A stretch of DNA of 63,876 nucleotides, filler included, from Craspedostauros australis (GCA_030167865.1; 7 parts of 7 records of this genome joined end to end with filler, not necessarily neighbours in it), one strand, 5' to 3'; shown: positions 33,385 to 44,575, counted from the whole stretch's first letter. Numbers and translations: made by a program. The notes: a model not told the origin generated them from the sequence alone.

Positions 33385-34332
33385 CTACTTCCGAACCACA
33401 CCAAGCTTCTCCTTGAGGGTGTTGATCGCCAACGTCCACATCGCCTTGAGCGGCGAACCTTCGACCTCCTGAAGAATGACGATGTTGAGAGCGAACACCA
33501 AGTTGGCCTCATCCACAATCTCCTCCTTTTGCGCTTCAGTCAGATCCAACGCATTCAAGCGAGCATACCAGTCCGTGATGAAGTTCTTGGTGGACGGGAT
33601 ATCATCGAACGTGTAAAATGCAACGCCTTTGCCAGCTTCCAAATTCAACGACCGCGTCGCCATGCCGCCCATCATCTGCCCGCCGAACAGATCGCCGAGA
33701 TAGCGCGTGTACTGATGCGCGATGAGGAGGTACGGCTTCGTCTCGGCAATCTCGCGAATGCGATTGACGTAGGCCTGCGTTCCGGCTGTGGGCTCGATGA
33801 CGGACTTCCATTCTTGACCGTAAAAGTAGTCCATGTCGCGTCGCAGCGCGTCCAATCGCCGCAGCGGGACGTCGTCCAGCTGCTGCACGTCGGTGTTCGT
33901 GGTCGTGTCAAAGACGTGCTCCATGGCTTCGTAGACGAAGTAGAGCGACGTGATGAGATTGCGGTACGATTCCTTAGTGCTGAGACCCTTGAAGAAGCCC
34001 GTGACGAAGGCCGAGTTTTCTGCCATGGAGTGGCTCTTGCGCGTGCCATCGTCGAGCTGGAGGGCCAATCCCTGCTTACGTGGATTGATGTCTTCTTCTG
34101 GTGCAGTTGTTACTGTTGCTACTGCTGTCGTTGCTACTGTTGCGGTTTCAGTGTCTTCATCTTGAGCTGCGGAAGCCAGCGCGCTGTGCTTCTGCACGAA
34201 TGACGCGGCATTGATGTTGACATTGTTGACGCCGTTGGAGACGACAAATGCCGATGCGCTGGGTGACAACATCAGCAAGCATGGTACGGCTGCCACTGCA
34301 ACAGCTGCCACTGATGAGACGTAGGTCTTCAT
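33385..34332 (-). CDS. HO1: Plastid-targeted heme oxygenase
   Basis: GTRKSHSMAEN (proximal His) and LLIAHQYTRYLGDLFGGQ, plus a bipartite presequence with ASA-FVV. Confidence 0.93.
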   Translation of the reverse strand: MKTYVSSVAAVAVAAVPCLLMLSPSASAFVVSNGVNNVNINAASFVQKHSALASAAQDEDTETATVATTAVATVTTAPEEDINPRKQGLALQLDDGTRKSHSMAENSAFVTGFFKGLSTKESYRNLITSLYFVYEAMEHVFDTTTNTDVQQLDDVPLRRLDALRRDMDYFYGQEWKSVIEPTAGTQAYVNRIREIAETKPYLLIAHQYTRYLGDLFGGQMMGGMATRSLNLEAGKGVAFYTFDDIPSTKNFITDWYARLNALDLTEAQKEEIVDEANLVFALNIVILQEVEGSPLKAMWTLAINTLKEKLGVVRK

Positions 34333-34619
34333 GATGCTACTCTATTACTCTATTGTATTGTATGGAATACGTGTGATCGACTTCTTGGTTGCAGTTGCTG
34401 CTCTTGTTTCGGATTGTGATGAGAGCGCCGATGATCCTCATCCAACACAACGCTCCGCAGCGTTGAGTTGGAATCGGCACAAATTCGCGTTTTGCGTGAA
34501 CGTCACACAACGAACGCAAATTCTGAGTCAACAGTATCCGACGAACATCGCAGTCTATCAGAAAGGGTCTAGATGATCTACTGGCAACATTTTCTATTGC
34601 AGTTAATCCCTCTCTACCT

Positions 34620-35984
34620 CTAATCATACTGACTATCATCAAAGACGAAGTCCTCGTTGCTGATGTGCGAGTCCTGATCTGAGTCTGGCTGAGTGATTGG
34701 GTAGTCAGCTTCATTCTGCGTACTCATCAAGTTCATTTGGAATCCCTGTCCAATTCCCGCGTTGTCTCCAGAATCAGAGGCGTGCACCAGCCCATAGTCG
34801 GCGTCGCTGTTGCAGCCCGGTTCCTCCACGACGTCATACAGTGTTGACACGTTAATTCCAGTCACTTCATGTTCTGACAGTGGCTCCTCCGCTTCCTGAT
34901 CAGGCTCCTGCCCTTCTTGCTGATGGCGATCATACTGTTCGTCTGCATTGCCAAGGTGCGGAAGCGCAAGCGGCGGTGGAACGGACATGGACAAGTCAGT
35001 CCTGGTGCTCTTGATGCATTGCAACACGTCGCATGGTTGGGTTGCCATCGCGGACTGGCTCTGTGTTTGTGATCGGTAATCGAATTCGATTGCTTCCTCA
35101 TTGCTCGTCTCGTTGGAATTGAGCTTAGCTGACATGTCAGCCTTCTTCGTATCATGCACGTCCGTCGCCACATCCACATCCATCACGATCGATTTGCTTT
35201 CCTTCTGTGGAAGCTGTTTGGCAATTTTGTCACCATTATGGACGCTGTTGGCATCGTCAACATCCAAAGCAGTTTCATTTGACTCTTCGTTCATGGATGC
35301 GTCCATCTGAGTGCTAGTGCTTGGCTCGACCGCCTCGATCGTGAAGGTTGGTAACCGGTCATCATATTCGGCGGACCACAGCTGCAATGCTTGCAGGTCA
35401 TCCTTATCCAGTTTGGGCTCGCGTCGCGCAGATCGCGGTGACTGAGACCGAGGTTTCGTGGCCTGTCCGAGAGATCTGATATCTTCCAACCCACGGATGT
35501 AGAACCGAACACCAGAAAGACCAGCGAAGAAGTTGTGGCCTTCCACCAAGTCCTGGGTCTCGCTGCGATGGATTTTCGGCATGTTGTATCAAATTCCCTG
35601 CTTAATAAAACCAGCCTTTGCCAGGAGTGCCTCTGCATCATCATCGGTCAGTGGAGCGTACGCCGATCGAGGCAGATCGCTGCGCTTCACATGCGCGAAA
35701 CAGATCCACCATTGGAGCTTGTCCCAATCCAATGTACTCAGTTTGTACACATTCTCCTCCATTAACGGTATTCCCTTCATGTTGAGGAATCGCCGCAGGT
35801 GGTCCAGTCTGTCAAAGTGACCATTGGCACCATTCTGCATCTGCACAGTCTTTGGCAATCTGTACCAGCCACCTTTGTATACAAATTCACATTGTGCCAG
35901 CAAAGCCCATGCCTCAAGGTCAGTCAGAGGATAATAGAGCCTAAATGTAATGGCTGTGGTCTTGTTGGCTGTATTTGGCTGTGA
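34620..35984 (-). pseudogene. Disrupted coding segment, probably exon 2 of the 41917-38657 gene
   Basis: One frame from 35984 to 34620 with a single in-frame TGA at 35591-35589 (KQGI*YNMP, compare KGGWYRLP in the preceding repeat). It carries the same repeat type as the 1102-aa ORF (PLT..EAW.LL...GF). Confidence 0.65.
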
Positions 35985-36333
35985 CTAGAGCCTTGATTGG
36001 CAAGCTGTCCAAATGTGTGGTCTTCTGATCACAAGTAGTCAATTGAGAATACTGATGATGGGTGAAGAAACATGCGGATTATGAGAGTTAATGCTATGCT
36101 TCTTGTTTTGGGGGGGGGGATCTCCTGTGATTACCCTCAAGAAGGGTGTGGGTTTGCATAGTCCCAGTACTATGGGAGGTTCCCTTCATCGAGTCGGGAG
36201 TGAGGCAAAGGTTTTCGGTGTGCGTTCCTGCGTGGTACCGATCCTTTGATCTGGTAGTCTTGTACCGGCATCAAGTTTTCGGGGGGGGGGGGGGGGGTTC
36301 CGATGACCTGGTCATTGGAATCCTTTTTCCACG

Positions 36334-36355
36334 TGTCCTGGGTTTCAAAGATCTC
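36334..36355. repeat. Target-site duplication copy 1 (TGTCCTGGGTTTCAAAGATCTC)
   Basis: Identical to 38494-38515 and adjacent to the T7 tract (the poly-A tail on the minus strand). Confidence 0.92.
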
Positions 36356-38493
36356 TTTTTTTCACCAGGGAATGGAAAGGCCAAAAAACCATCGACCGGT
36401 CAGCTGTGAACCTGAGACCCTCGGCCGCGAAGCGGCTGGGCCTCGAACCACTGGAGAGCAGATCAGCTGAGGGGCTCCATGCCAAGGCTTGTAATGGCCA
36501 AGGCAGGATGCACCCCCGCACGTCATACGCATCCCCGATTTGCCTGGGTAGGTACCTGTCACCTGCCACTGGGGGCAGCAGGCGCTGGGTTATGTAGGAC
36601 TCGAACCCACTAAAAAGGCCGCAACTGCACATAGGAGATATCAAAGCCACGCCAGGGTACTAGGCCGTTGACAGTGCAATGCCCCCACACACACCCGGTT
36701 TCGCCAGTACGCAGCGCCCCTTACCCATTCGGGCCTTGAGCCACAGGTACATGAGCGGCTCCTTCTGCTACTGGAGGTGGAGGAGGGAGTGCCCAAGCGG
36801 CGTCCAGCAGACGCACGCATCGACAAAGGAACGCAGCGACTTGATACCCATGCTCCCCCATGTCGGGCAGGGGACCAAGGGCGTTAGCTACCGGGGAGGG
36901 GACATTCATACCTGCTGGCAGTTGGCCAGTGATGATCAGGGCTACAGAGTCCTGAGAGACATCGCTGACAGAGGTGTCTGTTGTCATGGAGCCGGAGGGC
37001 TCTGCGTGAATGCTGGGGAGCTCAGAATCTTCATCGTCAGGGGTGTTGCTACCCACTGACTCGTCATCATTGACGTTCTCAGGAGCCCGGAGGCCCCACT
37101 CATCGTTTGGAAATCGGTCTCCAAGCTGCCCACCCAAGGCGAGCTGGAGCCAAAGTCCTTTGTGAAAGCGCTTGTGGCGGTAGACCGTCACAAGTGACTG
37201 CAGGAGCTCCTCTTGTGCTGTGGCCATTGCCGGGCAGTTGAAGAGCAGGTGGATCCCAAAGCGGTGGCCGGTCTGAACCGGCGCATTGCAGCATGGGCAG
37301 TGGGAGCCTTGTCTGGCAGAGAGGATCCCAATGCGCCACCACATGATAGTGTGGAAACCTGTTGCGGTCCCAGGGGGGAGACCAGCATGCTTCGTCACCA
37401 GGGAGTGGTGCTGAAGCTGGCGTTTCATGTACTGGATGCTCTCGGGTCGGCTTCTGTAACCTGTGTGCCAGATATCCTTCTCTCGCTTCGCGAGCGCGTT
37501 TTGGACCTGCTCCCGGATGATGGTGGCGTTGGAGGCGGAAGGGTCAGCAGGGACAGACCAATGCTTGGTGAAGGCATCATCGAACTTGGGCATGTTGGAC
37601 CAAATCCAAGTGAGCGTGCCAAAGCCCCAGGTGCGCTTGTGACATCGCATGGGGAGGCGGAGGAGGTCGCCGAGGTGGCAGTCAATGGCATGGGCCTTGA
37701 CAAAGGCGCAGGCCTTGCGGCCAGCGGCCACAACATAGATCGGCGGTAGGCAGGTCTCCTCCCAAACAGCGAGCGACAACATGTCAAGGGTCCCGAAGGG
37801 GATGCCTAGTATGAGCTTGATGCACTTGCCGACTGCGCGCTCGAGGTGGTCCGTGATGGCCTGGCACATGCCGAACAGCTCAGAGCCGTAGAGCAAGCGC
37901 GGGAGGACCACGGCCCCGATGACGTAGATTTTGGCATTGAGCGGAATGACGGGACACTTGAGGAAGGGCTTGAGGGCATACATCGTTGTCCTGGCCAGGT
38001 TCGACTTGATGGCAGCCAGAGACTGCGCTGTGGGCGTGGATGTGAAGGTGAGGCCCAGGTAGGTGTGCTCCTCAACAAGGGGGACAGGGCCGCCACTGAT
38101 GGTGAGATCGTGGAGGTGCTGAACAGCCTCCAGTCGCTCCGCGGGCAGGACCCCGGTCTCGAAGAAGGGCAGGATGCCGCACTTCGCAGCGTTGGTGCGC
38201 ATCTCGTTGGCCTCAGCCCAGGCGGTGACATGGTGGCAAGCTAGGGCGACGTTGTCGGCGGTGGCCGCCAGGGTGGCGGCATCGTCGGTGAAGAGGAGCC
38301 CCCCAATGGGGATGGTGGGATAGACCCCGTCGTGCGAAGAGCCGTAAGGGACATTGACGCCTCTGAGCCCGTCCCAAATATCGTCAATGAAGATATTGAA
38401 GAGGACACAGGACAAGGGTCATCCTTGACGCACCCCGCGGTTGAGGGTGACCACGTCGGAGTAGACTGGCGTGCCGCCATCGAACAACCTCAC
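36356..38493 (-). mobile_element. 5'-truncated, inactivated non-LTR retrotransposon (LINE)
   Basis: RT motifs RGVRQG*PLS (stop at 38421-38419), LFNIFIDD, GLLFTDD and TYLG. Zn knuckle CPCC...HLLFNC. A7 tail. Perfect 22-bp direct repeats at 36334-36355 and 38494-38515. Confidence 0.93.
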
Positions 38494-38515
38494 TGTCCTG
38501 GGTTTCAAAGATCTC
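38494..38515. repeat. Target-site duplication copy 2
   Basis: Identical to 36334-36355 and adjacent to the truncated 5' end of the RT. Confidence 0.92.
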
Positions 38516-38608
38516 CTTGAATCACTTGTGCCTGCTCCAAACGTGGTTCAGGCCAATTCGTGAAAAAACGAGTCATGTGTGTCAGGAAATCCTTCCTTAG
38601 CCTAACTG

Positions 38609-41600
38609 CTAGTTTAGATCTATTAGAGGATGATCGAAGTTGACCTGTGTTGGTACCTGTGTTTGCGGGGCACGATCGCTTCCGCCATCACTGTCTGGTA
38701 GGTTTGATTGTTCCGGTTTTGCGTTCGATCCATCGACAGCGACCTCCTCAACGTCGAAAACGCATGACGATGCGGTGTCTGTCACGTGTTGAGATTGTTC
38801 TGTGCTTTCAGAATCTTCATTCACGGCGTCATCATCGTCTGCGTCGACCGCACCAGACTCCGATTGACCTCGCACCAGCAACGGCGCACTCGATGTTGCA
38901 CACCACAACTTGAGCGCCAGGAGCTCATCGTCCGACACAACGCGATTCTTGGAGGAGGCACTTCGTGATCGGCGACCCGCGGATGACGCACTGGCCGATG
39001 GGCAGATGATGTCAAAGTTTGCGACACCCCTCAGCTCCCGACGAAGCTGTTGGAGGTTTCCAAACTGCGTGCAAGCCAGCTTCGAATTTGGTGGTGCATG
39101 AATGCTTCCATCCTGCTGTCGTTGAAATCCATACCGCTGAAGCAGATCCCAAGCCTCCGTGGAGGACAACAACGGCGCTTGCTGCCTCTGAGCCAGATTC
39201 GTTCCGTCCGGGAGATTGCTGTGGCGCACAAGCAGATCCAGGATGTACCTATCATCAGCACTCAGGTGTTCTGTGTTCGGCATACCATTGTGCAGGAAGT
39301 GTTGAAAGACTTCCGTCGGGCTCGAGAATCGCTTCGTGTACTGGAGGCGACTTTCCCCGTCGCAGTAGTACCACCCATTGGAGTATTGAACCCCAGTGCC
39401 AGGGCTGCAAGCGAGTTCGTGCTTCGGAGCATAATGAAGATCGAGCATGTATTCTGCCCACGGTGCGTCCTTGCGCTTCTTTGTGGACGTGGTAGCTCGC
39501 TTCTGCGGTCGCGAGTTACTCGTCTCGGACGTGCGCATGCCATCGCTCTCCAGCTCCGTGTCACCATCGTTTGGGTTAGACTCATGGTACTCGTGGTGCT
39601 TGCGTTTCTTCGTTCGATTGTGCCGCTCTGATTGCGTAGGGTCATCTTGCTTCGCAGGTACCTTTGCTTCCTCATCCTTCGCAGCTTTCGCCTTGGTAAA
39701 GCGACGCTGCAGGTCTGCATCCTGGGCATCCTGCTTCTGGAGGAAATCCACCAGTTCATCGACTGTAGCGAAATAATCCTTGTTGCGTTCCAGCTTCATT
39801 TTCTGCATGCTGGACGCACCGAGATGCGCGTGTTGCGGTGGGATGTACCACCAATTATCCAAGGCGCTCAAACCCTTCATCACCTTCCAACCATTCTTCT
39901 CGATGCGGTTTCGAACGTTGCAGGGGAGGTAGTACGCGCCCTCGGATTCGATGGACGTGACGGTTCCCGATGACGATGCTGGGCTCATGACGAGTGCGGA
40001 CTCGTTCTGCGATTCGTCATGGTCGAAATCACTGCCATCGGATGTCGTTTCGTCTGGCGAGCTGTGGTGTGCAGCTCGCGGCGGTGTAGATGGTGGCGTT
40101 TCCAACTTCTTCTTCTTGTTCTTTTTCTTCTTCGGGACCGTTCGCTTGGATTCTGTCGCCTGCAAGGTCGCGAATTCCTCACGGATGGCTGATCCGTACA
40201 CGCCGAAGTAATCGCGAGCCTTGCAATAGTTCATGACGTCCTCTGCTTGGATGAAGAAATCGACCCCATGCACCATTTTCAACTTGATCGTTTTGTCCTG
40301 TGCAGCTTGGCCCAACGCAGCGATGGTTTCCGGTCGTCCATAGACGTAGTTGTGAAATTCGAGCTGCGTCTTCGTCATGGCGCAGCGCACGTGCCGCCTG
40401 AGGGAGCCGCTTGAGATGAACGCCCAGCCAAGCACTGGTTTAAGGATCTGGTGCCACAGATGAGAGAGGCGATAGAATTCATGCTCGATATCGGTCTCCG
40501 TTTTTTGCTTTGGTCGACGTTTGATCCCGGTGCTGTGACGGTAGCCGAGCTTCCTTGGCGACTTGATGTGCCGGGAAGACTGGCGGGATCCCTGCGTTGC
40601 CGCTGATGCAACAGATTGGCTATCGGCTGGTGAAGATGGGATGAGTGTGCGTTTGGCCTTTGGCGCTCTAGTGGATTTTGGCGAAGTGACGTGATGCGCA
40701 CGTTCGTCTTCGTCTTCGTCGGCGGATGAAGGCTCATCGCTCACTTGGTTCTCATCGTCAAGTTCATCTTCATGATTGGCGCCATCATTCTGCCCGACGC
40801 TCATGTCCGCGTCCTCCCTTGTTTCATGGATCTGGGTGTCGTTCTCGCTGTCGCTGGAACTTGCGCTCTCCGATTCCTGCGACAGATCGGCCGGCGCAGA
40901 TCGCCTTGCCGCGACGGTATTGAAGAGCGGTCCATTCCATTGCAGCTGTTTGCGACAGAACTGCTGCAGTTGCTCTCCGTTCATGGGATCGAAAGGCTTG
41001 GCGGTTGCCGATGGCAGGACGTACATGAATTCTGTGGTGGCGGCATCCTGCGTGCGAACCTGATGCGACGTCATGCCCGCAAAGGTGAGCTTGCGCAGGA
41101 CAGCGCCAAAATCCTCGCTGTCGCGCAACGGCGTTGTCAACTGCGGCAGAACGGTTTGCGGCGATCTGGGCGGAGTCGACGTCGCGGGTGCGCTGTTGCG
41201 ATCGGCGGTGACTTCTCCATCCGCGCTGCCAGCCGATTCGCCACTGACGGAAACGGCCACGCCGCTGGTAGGATCCTGCGGTTCGGTTTGTGTGGGCTGG
41301 ACGGTGTTGGAAGGATTTGCGGTGGCAGTTAGCTGCGCGTTGGCGCGAGAGTGATTTCCCAAGAAGATAAGGCAGATCCTCTCGAAGTGTCCCGGCCGCC
41401 TCATGTGAGATGCGGAAACGGTGACCTCATGTGCATCGCGACGGGCCGTTTTTGCCTGCATGAAGGCGTAGGCCTCATCCAGAGCGCGGTGAAAACAGAT
41501 GAAGTCATCTTCGGAGGCGAAGAGTTCGCGTCGATGACGCTGCTTCGGGATGAACCGAGTTGTGCCAGCGTAGTAGTTGACGTAGTCATGATCGTCCTTC

Positions 41601-41917
41601 ACCATCGCCAGCTCGGTCTGGAATCCCAGCAGCCGCGCCACCTGCGGGGTTTGTTCCGGCGATGACATGGAGAGATTGGGGAGGTCCGTCTTAATGGTGA
41701 ATTCCATGGCAGCCATCGACAATTCATGCTCCACCGCTTCCGCGTCCTGCGATGGGATGGATTGCTGAATATCCTTGAGGCAGGTATCCAATTCCGGATA
41801 GAGCAGAGCGGGCCAGTGGAGCTTGTCCGCTGATGCGGAGTCCGCCTTGCAGTGCTTGCCGAGTCGGTTGTCACTTTCGAAAGGAACCCATACGAGGATC
41901 CGGGATTTCGCATCCAT
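38609..41917 (-). CDS. Large protein with an N-terminal PWWP/Tudor-like segment and internal aromatic-rich repeats (probably exon 1)
   Basis: LVWVPF...HWPALLY at the N-terminus. Repeated modules (W..L...GW...Y..P...DYF...L..F) separated by acidic and basic linkers. NLS-like KKKKNKKKK. Confidence 0.75.
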   Translation of the reverse strand: MDAKSRILVWVPFESDNRLGKHCKADSASADKLHWPALLYPELDTCLKDIQQSIPSQDAEAVEHELSMAAMEFTIKTDLPNLSMSSPEQTPQVARLLGFQTELAMVKDDHDYVNYYAGTTRFIPKQRHRRELFASEDDFICFHRALDEAYAFMQAKTARRDAHEVTVSASHMRRPGHFERICLIFLGNHSRANAQLTATANPSNTVQPTQTEPQDPTSGVAVSVSGESAGSADGEVTADRNSAPATSTPPRSPQTVLPQLTTPLRDSEDFGAVLRKLTFAGMTSHQVRTQDAATTEFMYVLPSATAKPFDPMNGEQLQQFCRKQLQWNGPLFNTVAARRSAPADLSQESESASSSDSENDTQIHETREDADMSVGQNDGANHEDELDDENQVSDEPSSADEDEDERAHHVTSPKSTRAPKAKRTLIPSSPADSQSVASAATQGSRQSSRHIKSPRKLGYRHSTGIKRRPKQKTETDIEHEFYRLSHLWHQILKPVLGWAFISSGSLRRHVRCAMTKTQLEFHNYVYGRPETIAALGQAAQDKTIKLKMVHGVDFFIQAEDVMNYCKARDYFGVYGSAIREEFATLQATESKRTVPKKKKNKKKKLETPPSTPPRAAHHSSPDETTSDGSDFDHDESQNESALVMSPASSSGTVTSIESEGAYYLPCNVRNRIEKNGWKVMKGLSALDNWWYIPPQHAHLGASSMQKMKLERNKDYFATVDELVDFLQKQDAQDADLQRRFTKAKAAKDEEAKVPAKQDDPTQSERHNRTKKRKHHEYHESNPNDGDTELESDGMRTSETSNSRPQKRATTSTKKRKDAPWAEYMLDLHYAPKHELACSPGTGVQYSNGWYYCDGESRLQYTKRFSSPTEVFQHFLHNGMPNTEHLSADDRYILDLLVRHSNLPDGTNLAQRQQAPLLSSTEAWDLLQRYGFQRQQDGSIHAPPNSKLACTQFGNLQQLRRELRGVANFDIICPSASASSAGRRSRSASSKNRVVSDDELLALKLWCATSSAPLLVRGQSESGAVDADDDDAVNEDSESTEQSQHVTDTASSCVFDVEEVAVDGSNAKPEQSNLPDSDGGSDRAPQTQVPTQVNFDHPLIDLN

Positions 41918-43114
41918 GGCTGCTGGATGAATGCTGGGTTGGTCGCTCTTGTGGTTGTTGATGGAAGCGTCGGCCGTGGAAGAACAAAGCTGCTGATTCC
42001 ACCTGTATGATCAGTATTGTATTAGTCAATGCAACCCTCAGTGGCACGCTGCCAACACCTTGGTTTGGATTACGGCTGCTGCCGTTTGCCTTTTGTTTGT
42101 GTTTGTGCTCTTGGCTAAGTTGTGTTTGCGTCCAAACGATGTTCGAAGTCAGCGTGTCGAAGCCGATACGGAGGGCAATGCGCAATGCAATGCTCCCCAG
42201 TCGATGTGGTTTGATGAGAACAGATTGGAGGAATGGGATCACCAAGTCTTCCGCGCTGGTCGGCCTTGATGGGTTGATGGAGAGGAAGGAGCCAACAACG
42301 ATGTCGATTGGGGGTTTGTTCCTGTTTGCGCAAGTGGAGGGAGATTTGTGCGAAGCGTCATTTTTGTGTTGTTCCTTCCTTGGTACTTTCTCCTGTACAA
42401 TTTACATACGAAATTTTGTACGCATAGTTCCTACTGGTTTTTATGGCGCGAAGTGAAAACGTGATTTGTGGTGGTTCAGTCGTGGATATTATCACGAATG
42501 GACTCGGGACCTGATGCCAAAGATTCTTGGATTTGGATGTCGAACACGAGAAAAGAACTGACGCACAAAAGCTTCGCTCGGAATCCACTTCCGACAAAGC
42601 CAGAATTCATGTTTGCGGGCGACAATCTGTCTCATTTCTGTTTGGATCATCAACCAGTGAGCAGGGAGCCTCCCTCCTTGGGATTTATGATGCAGACATC
42701 ACCATCTATTACCACACTTCATACAGGAGAAACAACGATAGATCTCACTTCAAGCCGGGCTCAACACAACTGCGTTCGATGGGATTATCCTTTGTCTCGT
42801 CCTTTCCCCGTGCTCGTTGGGGCTCGATTTGTTAGCATTGGAAGATGCTGTTTCCTTCGCTCCAGTCGGTTTCAGCGCGCGCTTCCATCTCCTCTCCTAA
42901 ACGACCGAGCGGACGGGCCACGAGGGATCTGAGTTCTTGGAGAGGGTTGATGCTTGTGGGGTCTGGCTTTCGCGATGGATTGCCGAAGATGCTCTCTCCC
43001 GACAACCCACCCTCAGGCCCACACACACCCCATCAATCGTCCATATTCTCCACATGATCTCACAAAACGAGCAACAGGAACAGGAAGATCCTCACCATCA
43101 CGACAACAACGACG

Positions 43115-44575
43115 ATGACGATGACGGACTTCGATTTTGCGACGGCATTGCGAGACAACATCGCAGCCGTGATTCTCCTGCCACTGGGGCTTGCCATCGG
43201 ATGGTTGGTCGTCGCCTTGAACAGACCACCCGCCAAGGATGCTCCTGCGAAGAGTCCCGCTGGGATCATGGAGTCTGTCAAGATGTTTGCGTCGTCCGAG
43301 GTACCTTGGTGGCATCTCCAACTTCGGGAGTCCTTGGGATCGTCCATCTTCCAACACAACATCCCCGCCCCTGGTGGTATGTATGTCCTCTGCTCCGCGA
43401 AGCATCAACGTGAGGTTATGCTCGACAAGACTACGAACAAGCCGCTGGGCATGTACGCAGGCTTCGACAGTATGATTGGACACAAACAAATGGCCACGCG
43501 CTCCACAACCGACCCAAGCTTCAAACAGATGAAGAAAGCCGTCGCACACTCATTTTCCTCTGCGGAAGTCAATCGAATGAATTCCATCTGCATGAAGTAC
43601 GCCAAGCAATGGGAAACAGACTTCCTCGAGAAGCTGGCAGACACCGACGCCACGTTCGATCCGTCCATCGAATTGCCGAAGACCGTCTTCAAGTCCATCA
43701 TGGGCGCAGCCTTCGAGTACGAATCGACTCCTGAAGACTTCGATTTGTTCACATCCAACTTCGAAGTGGCTGCACGTGAATTTGCCTTCCGTCAGGCCGC
43801 CAATCCTTTGCGGGCTGCATTCAGCTTCATGATCCCAGAAGTGTGGGCGGCGCGTAAATGCGGCGATGCTTTGCAGGACTTTGGGAAGAAGATTTTGACA
43901 GCCTATCGCGAGAATCCCAACAAGTCGGAGCACAACACGTTGATCAAGGTGATCGAGTCCAACCCGTACGATATGTCCGAAGAAGCGAAGGTGGCAGAAC
44001 TGCTTATGTTGCTCATTGCAGGCTTCGATACAACGGGATACACCCTTGCCAGCACCGTCGTGTTGTTGGCCAAGCATCCCAACGAGATGAGAGACCTGCG
44101 GCAATCGTTGTTGCAGGATGATCCAGCGAAATCCAAGGATCATCTCAAGCGTGTGATCACCGAATCTCAACGCATGGTCCCTGTTGCTTCGATGGGCTCC
44201 GCTCGTCTCGCCAATCGCGACTTCATCTTTGTGGATGAGCCCTCCAAACGCATGGTCAAGGTGCCGAAAGGTGCCACCCTCTTTCTTCCACAGATCACGG
44301 CTCACCGAGACGAGGCGGTGTTCGAAGATGCTACTCAGTTCAAGCCTGATCGATGGGAGAATCCGACCAAGGAAATGGTACAGAACTTTATTCCATTCGC
44401 CGTGGGCAATCGCAACTGCCCTGGCCAATCGTTGGCGATTGCTGAACTCTACACGGTGTTGTCAAATATCCTGTCCAAGTACGAGTTCGAATTGGTGACG
44501 GAAGGCAAGCTGGATTTCTTCTTCACTTTGAAGTATGCCAATACCAAGCTCCGAGTGAAGAGGGCGGAGGTTTGA
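43115..44575 (+). CDS. Cytochrome P450, copy 1
   Basis: N-terminal TM anchor, I-helix AGFDTT, ExxR (ESQR), FKPDRW, and heme motif FAVGNRNCPG. Confidence 0.96.
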   Translation: MTMTDFDFATALRDNIAAVILLPLGLAIGWLVVALNRPPAKDAPAKSPAGIMESVKMFASSEVPWWHLQLRESLGSSIFQHNIPAPGGMYVLCSAKHQREVMLDKTTNKPLGMYAGFDSMIGHKQMATRSTTDPSFKQMKKAVAHSFSSAEVNRMNSICMKYAKQWETDFLEKLADTDATFDPSIELPKTVFKSIMGAAFEYESTPEDFDLFTSNFEVAAREFAFRQAANPLRAAFSFMIPEVWAARKCGDALQDFGKKILTAYRENPNKSEHNTLIKVIESNPYDMSEEAKVAELLMLLIAGFDTTGYTLASTVVLLAKHPNEMRDLRQSLLQDDPAKSKDHLKRVITESQRMVPVASMGSARLANRDFIFVDEPSKRMVKVPKGATLFLPQITAHRDEAVFEDATQFKPDRWENPTKEMVQNFIPFAVGNRNCPGQSLAIAELYTVLSNILSKYEFELVTEGKLDFFFTLKYANTKLRVKRAEV

